Source of the DNA: Gemmatales bacterium
GTDB lineage: Bacteria > Planctomycetota > Planctomycetia > Gemmatales > HRBIN36
Direction of reading: 5' to 3'
Assembly (NCBI GenBank): GCA_041640595.1
Contig: JBEPZY010000002.1
Coordinates: forward strand, 404,651-468,650
DNA length: 64,000 bases
Below are positions 59,544 to 64,000 of this stretch, piece after piece. The translations under genes were made by a program, and so were the position numbers. The notes beneath the pieces were generated by a model. The model made no database searches. It was given only the letters and a program-made list of their open reading frames with translations, and was not told the origin of the DNA. How positions within the stretch are numbered: the first letter of the stretch is position 1; every line of letters starts with the position of its first letter.

Positions 59544-61412
59544 TCAGGGGTTGAGTGGGCCGAGGTATTCGATGACCACATGGGTGGGACCGGCACGACC
59601 ACCGTTGAGGCGGATTTCCAATCGTCCTTCTCCTTCCTGAAACTGGCAGTTATCGAGCACCAACTGCTGCTTCTGACCATCGCCTTTGCCGTTTTGCAAA
59701 GACGGACGGGCGGGGGCAAATTCCATTTCCCAACTTTGGATGGGCATGCCGGCGTAGATGGTCAACCGGTAGCGACCAGGACGGGCAACACGCAGTTCCC
59801 AGTGGCCGAGGCTGTCGGGATTCCAGCCGGCTCGCGCACCACGCCAATCCTGACGGCTCAGCCGAGCCGAAGGAACCTGCGGACTGCCGATCACAATCCG
59901 CGGCGGATCGAAACCAGCCCGGGTTACATCCTCGAACCAGCGTTCATATTCGCGCTTCAGTTCCGCCACAATTTCGGGCTTGTCGGCCGCCAGGTCGTGT
60001 TGTTCGTAAGGGTCTGCCAGCAAGTCGAACAATTCGTAGCGGGGCTGCCAGTTGGAACCGGGAGCAGTACCGGCAGCCTGCACCAGTTTGTAACGCGGAC
60101 CACGAACGGCGAATGCCCGGTATTTCTCCGGGCGATCTCCCCGATGCCACTGGAAGAACAGATAGCGGTCGGGCCAGGGACGTTTCGGGTCGCGCAGGTG
60201 GTCGGCGAAGCTCCGCCCATCGCAAACTCCTTTCCAGGGAATGCCGCACAACTGACACAAAGTCGGTGCCAGGTCAATATGAGCCAGGGGCATATCCAGC
60301 ACTTGCCCGCCAGGCCAGCGTCCGGTCCAGCGGATGAAACAGGGAACGCGGATACCTCCTTCGTACACCGACCCTTTGCGGTCACGCAGACCGCCATTCC
60401 ACCGTACCCCGCCGGGGCCGTTGTCGGTCAGGAACACGACGACGGTTTGCTCGGCCAGTTTCAGTTCGTCGAGCGTCTGCAGAAGCCGGCCGATGTTGTA
60501 ATCCAGGTTCTCGATCATGCCATAAGCCAGGGCGATCGCTTCCGTGTCCAGCTTCTTGGTGGTCGCCCACGGCTGGCCGAAACGTGGGAAGGCCATTGGC
60601 GACAAATCCATTTGACGATAACGTGCCGACCACCGTTCCGGCACCTGGAACGGAGCATGGGGAGCGTTGTACGCCACGTATGCAAAAAACGGTTTATCGC
60701 GGTGGCGGCGGATAAAGTCAATGGCCGCATCGGTAAATACATCCGTGCAGTAACCGTGGGTTTTCACTTCCTGACCGTTGCGTTGCAGAATCGGATCGAA
60801 GTAAGCCTTGCTCCGATCCGTGCCGGGTGGATCGCTCGGCTGGGCCAGACCACCTCCCAGATGCCAGAGGGTTTCATGAAAACCACGGTCTTCGGGACGC
60901 AACGGGTAATTGTCTCCGAGGTGCCATTTGCCGAACAGACCGGTACGGTACCCGGAAGCGGCGAAACGTTCAGCGAGCGTGGGAATTTCGGGGCGCATCA
61001 ACGACCGGCCCAGGTAAGTATCCACGATACCGGTGCGAAAATGATACAATCCGGTCAGCAAACTGGCACGTGTCGGGGAGCACACCGGAGCGACGTAAAA
61101 ATTTTTGAGCTGGGCGCTTTGCTGAGCGAAACGGTCAAGATGAGGCGTCCGCAAAACCGGATTACCGTGAAATCCCAGGTCGCCATAGCCCTGGTCGTCA
61201 GTGATAATCACCAGCACATTGGGCCCGGCTGCCTGCAACAATGCCGGTTGTACTGTCCAGGAACAGACCACCAACATCGTAGCCAGAACCGCCTGGCCGA
61301 CACGCTGGGTTAGGACTGCCGAAAGTTTTTGCCCCGCGATGCATCCATCCGATAGCATGGAAGTTCCTCTGTCGCCCTGAGTGGTTGTCGAGGACGTCGC
61401 GTGCTTCGCCAA
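59544..61412 (-). CDS. Arylsulfatase (formylglycine-dependent)
   Basis: PNVLVIITDDQG, CSPTRASLLTG, GKWHLG, NAPHAP, TDNG, YEGGIRVP; start uncertain. Confidence 0.95.
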   Translation of the reverse strand: MAKHATSSTTTQGDRGTSMLSDGCIAGQKLSAVLTQRVGQAVLATMLVVCSWTVQPALLQAAGPNVLVIITDDQGYGDLGFHGNPVLRTPHLDRFAQQSAQLKNFYVAPVCSPTRASLLTGLYHFRTGIVDTYLGRSLMRPEIPTLAERFAASGYRTGLFGKWHLGDNYPLRPEDRGFHETLWHLGGGLAQPSDPPGTDRSKAYFDPILQRNGQEVKTHGYCTDVFTDAAIDFIRRHRDKPFFAYVAYNAPHAPFQVPERWSARYRQMDLSPMAFPRFGQPWATTKKLDTEAIALAYGMIENLDYNIGRLLQTLDELKLAEQTVVVFLTDNGPGGVRWNGGLRDRKGSVYEGGIRVPCFIRWTGRWPGGQVLDMPLAHIDLAPTLCQLCGIPWKGVCDGRSFADHLRDPKRPWPDRYLFFQWHRGDRPEKYRAFAVRGPRYKLVQAAGTAPGSNWQPRYELFDLLADPYEQHDLAADKPEIVAELKREYERWFEDVTRAGFDPPRIVIGSPQVPSARLSRQDWRGARAGWNPDSLGHWELRVARPGRYRLTIYAGMPIQSWEMEFAPARPSLQNGKGDGQKQQLVLDNCQFQEGEGRLEIRLNGGRAGPTHVVIEYLGPLNP

Positions 61413-61943
61413 ACCTTATGACCTTGTTTAGGCCGGGTGGCTCGGTATGGCAACCTGGCTGGTTTGTGGCAACCTGCCTGGAATTACGTTTCTGTTGGCG
61501 AGCTCTTCTGTCGGCGAACTTACGTGTAGCTGGCCTAATTGCATTCGACCATGCCGGCGCGGAACCACAGCCAATCAAAGGGAAATGATTACGCCGCCAG
61601 CCCTGGCAACACCATCATCGCGGCCCAGAATCACCGCTATTCAAAAGGCAAGCCAGACCGAAACGCGAATGGTCGCTGACCAGTTGCGGTTGCACGGTTC
61701 GGCCAGAAGCGTTAGTATGAGCGGGCCTGGCTTATCACAGCAAACGCCCAGAATGTCGCTTGGGCACACGACCAGATCAGCGCCAGACCGGTGAGGAGCC
61801 AGTCTTGTCTGGCTACGGAACTGGGCCGATCGCCTCCCGACATATTGCCAGAAACTGCGACCCTTTCGCAGGGATGCGATTCTTCCCTGAAAGCATGCCG
61901 GCAGGTTACGCGGCTGCAAGCCACCAGAGGAAGGAGACAAAGC

Positions 61944-63020
61944 GTGGCGGTAACAGTGCAGCAAATTGCGGAGTGGATTGGTGGGCACATCGTTGGTGAT
62001 CCGCATCGGCTCATTCGTGCTGCACGTACGATCCACGAAGCCGGCCCGGAAGACGTTACCTTTCTGGAGAACGACCGCCCACTTCGTCACGGGGCAGTGA
62101 TTCGTGCCGGGGCAGTGCTGGCCAGGCCTGGCGAGTTTAGCCGCAACGGTCAGCCCGCGAACTCGGCTCGGCATGGCGCTTACAACGCTCCGGTTTTGCA
62201 GGACTACGTTACCATTATTGAGACCAGCGATCCCCTGGCGGCATTTGTGGTCGTTTACCAGCATTTACACGGTTTGCCGTCGGCTCAATTTGGTGGAATT
62301 GATCCCCGAGCGATCATTCATCCCACAGTGCAACTGGGACGGGATGTCGAAATCGGTGCCGGCGCGTGCATCGGTGAGGGAACGGTGGTCGGTGACCGAT
62401 GCCGCATCCATCCGGGCGTGGTGGTGGGCCGATTCTGCAAGCTCGGCGACGATGTGATCCTCTACCCCAACGTGGTCATCTACGACGGTTGCACGCTCGG
62501 TAATCGCGTTATCGTCCACGCCAATTCCGTGATTGGAGCGGATGGTTTCGGTTATCGGCAGCAAGACGGCCGCCATCTGAAGGTGCCGCATCTGGGAAGC
62601 GTGGTCATCGAGGATGACGTCGAAATTGGTGCCTGCACCACCATTGATCGGGGCACCTTTCAGGCGACGCGGATTGGTGCGGGGACGAAAATTGATAACC
62701 TGGTGCAGATCGCCCACAATTGCCGGATCGGTCGGCATAATCTGCTGGTGGGCCAGGTGGGCCTGGCAGGTTCGGTTACCACAGGCGATTACGTCGTACT
62801 GGCCGGACAGGTCGCCGTCCGTGATCATTGCAACCTGGGAGATGGCGTGATTGTCGGAGCACGGGCCGGAGTAATTCAGGATGTGCCATCAGGCCAGCGT
62901 GTTCTGGGCGAGCCAGCTATGCCGGAGCTGGAGTACAAGCGGCTAGTGCTGCTATTTCAGAAACTGCCCGAACTCAAGCAGCAAATCGAAGAAATCCGCA
63001 AACATCTCGGACTGGCATGA
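61944..63020 (+). CDS. lpxD: UDP-3-O-acylglucosamine N-acyltransferase
   Basis: Hexapeptide repeats, IGADGFGY, VEIGACTTIDRG, KIDNLVQIAHN; AAGGAG RBS before GTG 61944. Confidence 0.95.
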   Translation: MAVTVQQIAEWIGGHIVGDPHRLIRAARTIHEAGPEDVTFLENDRPLRHGAVIRAGAVLARPGEFSRNGQPANSARHGAYNAPVLQDYVTIIETSDPLAAFVVVYQHLHGLPSAQFGGIDPRAIIHPTVQLGRDVEIGAGACIGEGTVVGDRCRIHPGVVVGRFCKLGDDVILYPNVVIYDGCTLGNRVIVHANSVIGADGFGYRQQDGRHLKVPHLGSVVIEDDVEIGACTTIDRGTFQATRIGAGTKIDNLVQIAHNCRIGRHNLLVGQVGLAGSVTTGDYVVLAGQVAVRDHCNLGDGVIVGARAGVIQDVPSGQRVLGEPAMPELEYKRLVLLFQKLPELKQQIEEIRKHLGLA

Positions 63021-64000
63021 GCGAAAAGCTGGCTGGCGAGCACGGTGGGCTGCATGTGAGTCAGGACGGGTTGACGTTCGCCGATCCTGATAAGCACGGG
63101 GAGTTCACGCCCGCCACTCGTGACATGCACGAGGGGCTTACGCTCCCCGCTCCGGAAGAGCCGATCGGGTTGCTGGCAGGCAGCGGGCAATTACCGCTGG
63201 TTATCGCTGCTTCGCTTCAGCAACGGGGTCGGCGCGTGGTTTGCGTGGCCATTCGGGAAGAAGCGGATCCGCAATTGCAAAAGCTGTGCTGGCGCTTTTA
63301 CTGGACGGGTTTGACCAAGTTGGGCCGCATGATTCGCTGTTTCCGTCGCGAAAGAGTGCGACGCATCCTGCTGGCCGGGAAAGTGCACAAAGCGAGAATG
63401 TTTACGCCCTGGCGGGCTTGGCGACTGTTGCCGGACTGGCGTGGTATCGTTTTCTGGTTGTTTCGCCGCAACCGCCACGACCAGCGCGACGACGCGATCA
63501 CTTTGCAAATCCTTGGCGAATTCGAGAGGGAAGGGATGACCTTCGAGCCCGCCGTGAAATGGTGTCCGGAATTGCTGGCGCCTGCCGGAGTGCTCACCCG
63601 CCGACAACCGGGCAAAGAACAATGGGCGGATATTCGCTTTGGCTGGCGGCTGGCACGCGAAATTGGCCGACTGGATATTGGCCAGAGCATCCTGGTCAAA
63701 GAGGGGGCGGTGCTGGCGGTGGAGGCTCTGGAAGGGACTGACCAGGCTATTCTGCGTGCCGGTCAGTTGTGTCCGAGCGGCGGGTTCACGCTCGTGAAAG
63801 TAGCCAAGCCCCAGCAGGATCCCCGTTTCGACCTGCCCACCATCGGGCCGGATACTGTCCGGGCCATGCATCGAGCCGGCGGTCGTGTGATCGCTATCGA
63901 GGCCGGCAAAACTATTCTCGTCGATCGCGCTGCCACTTTGGCGCTGGCCGACCAGTTGGGGCTGATAATCCTGGCAACTACTGACGCGGAGATTGGTTCA
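63017..64000 (+). CDS. lpxI: UDP-2,3-diacylglucosamine diphosphatase LpxI (runs off the right edge)
   Basis: Manual translation from the ATGA overlap with lpxD: PIGLLAGSGQLP...LAGKVHK...LDIGQS...AVEALEGTD...KVAKPQQDPRFDLPTIG. Alternative ATG at 63125. Confidence 0.92.
   Translation, partial: MSEKLAGEHGGLHVSQDGLTFADPDKHGEFTPATRDMHEGLTLPAPEEPIGLLAGSGQLPLVIAASLQQRGRRVVCVAIREEADPQLQKLCWRFYWTGLTKLGRMIRCFRRERVRRILLAGKVHKARMFTPWRAWRLLPDWRGIVFWLFRRNRHDQRDDAITLQILGEFEREGMTFEPAVKWCPELLAPAGVLTRRQPGKEQWADIRFGWRLAREIGRLDIGQSILVKEGAVLAVEALEGTDQAILRAGQLCPSGGFTLVKVAKPQQDPRFDLPTIGPDTVRAMHRAGGRVIAIEAGKTILVDRAATLALADQLGLIILATTDAEIGS

Noticed and set aside
59580..61313. Long antisense ORFs (also 5633-6721, 7445-8560, 25459-27255, 36670-37965)
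   Set aside because: Shadows opposite well-supported genes, expected in GC-rich DNA.
62130..62200. Possible palindrome remnants in lpxD (RHGAYNAP), coaB (~28440) and the GH38-like gene (~34800, YGGVSPW)
   Set aside because: The matches are too short and degenerate to separate from chance by eye.

Overview
About 64 kb of GC-rich bacterial chromosome. The gene content points to a planctomycete, probably Gemmataceae/Gemmatales-like: two DUF1501 genes, DUF1549/1553, planctomycete cytochrome c, BBP7 porin, DUF3500, DUF1570, Uma2 and a sulfatase. Housekeeping genes include recJ, a transketolase N-subunit, split coaB/coaC, thpR, gltX, gmhA-like, rpsP, lpxD and lpxI. I saw no rRNA, tRNA, transposase, integrase, reverse transcriptase or true CRISPR array. 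Main unusual features: (1) two large mosaic arrays of a ~28-bp covarying palindrome with shuffled ~60-100-bp linkers (11986-14765, 57995-59106), with degenerate copies of the same palindrome in-frame inside lpxI and a cytochrome c/WD40 gene; (2) a Ser/Thr kinase with five near-identical WD40 repeats that vary mainly at predicted binding-face positions, flanked by patchworks of tandem repeats; (3) an apparently lower-GC pair of a membrane-anchored Exo5/Cas4-like Fe-S nuclease (frameshifted) and a YprB-like exonuclease; (4) a catalytically dead caspase-fold domain fused to an S41 protease; (5) an ECF sigma factor with a fused ZAS-like zinc finger; (6) a consensus sigma-54 promoter ahead of a candidate sRNA; (7) a fragmented Ig-repeat exoprotein/WD40 cassette with a (GT)10 tract at the left edge. 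All family calls come from motif recognition by eye, not from database searches.
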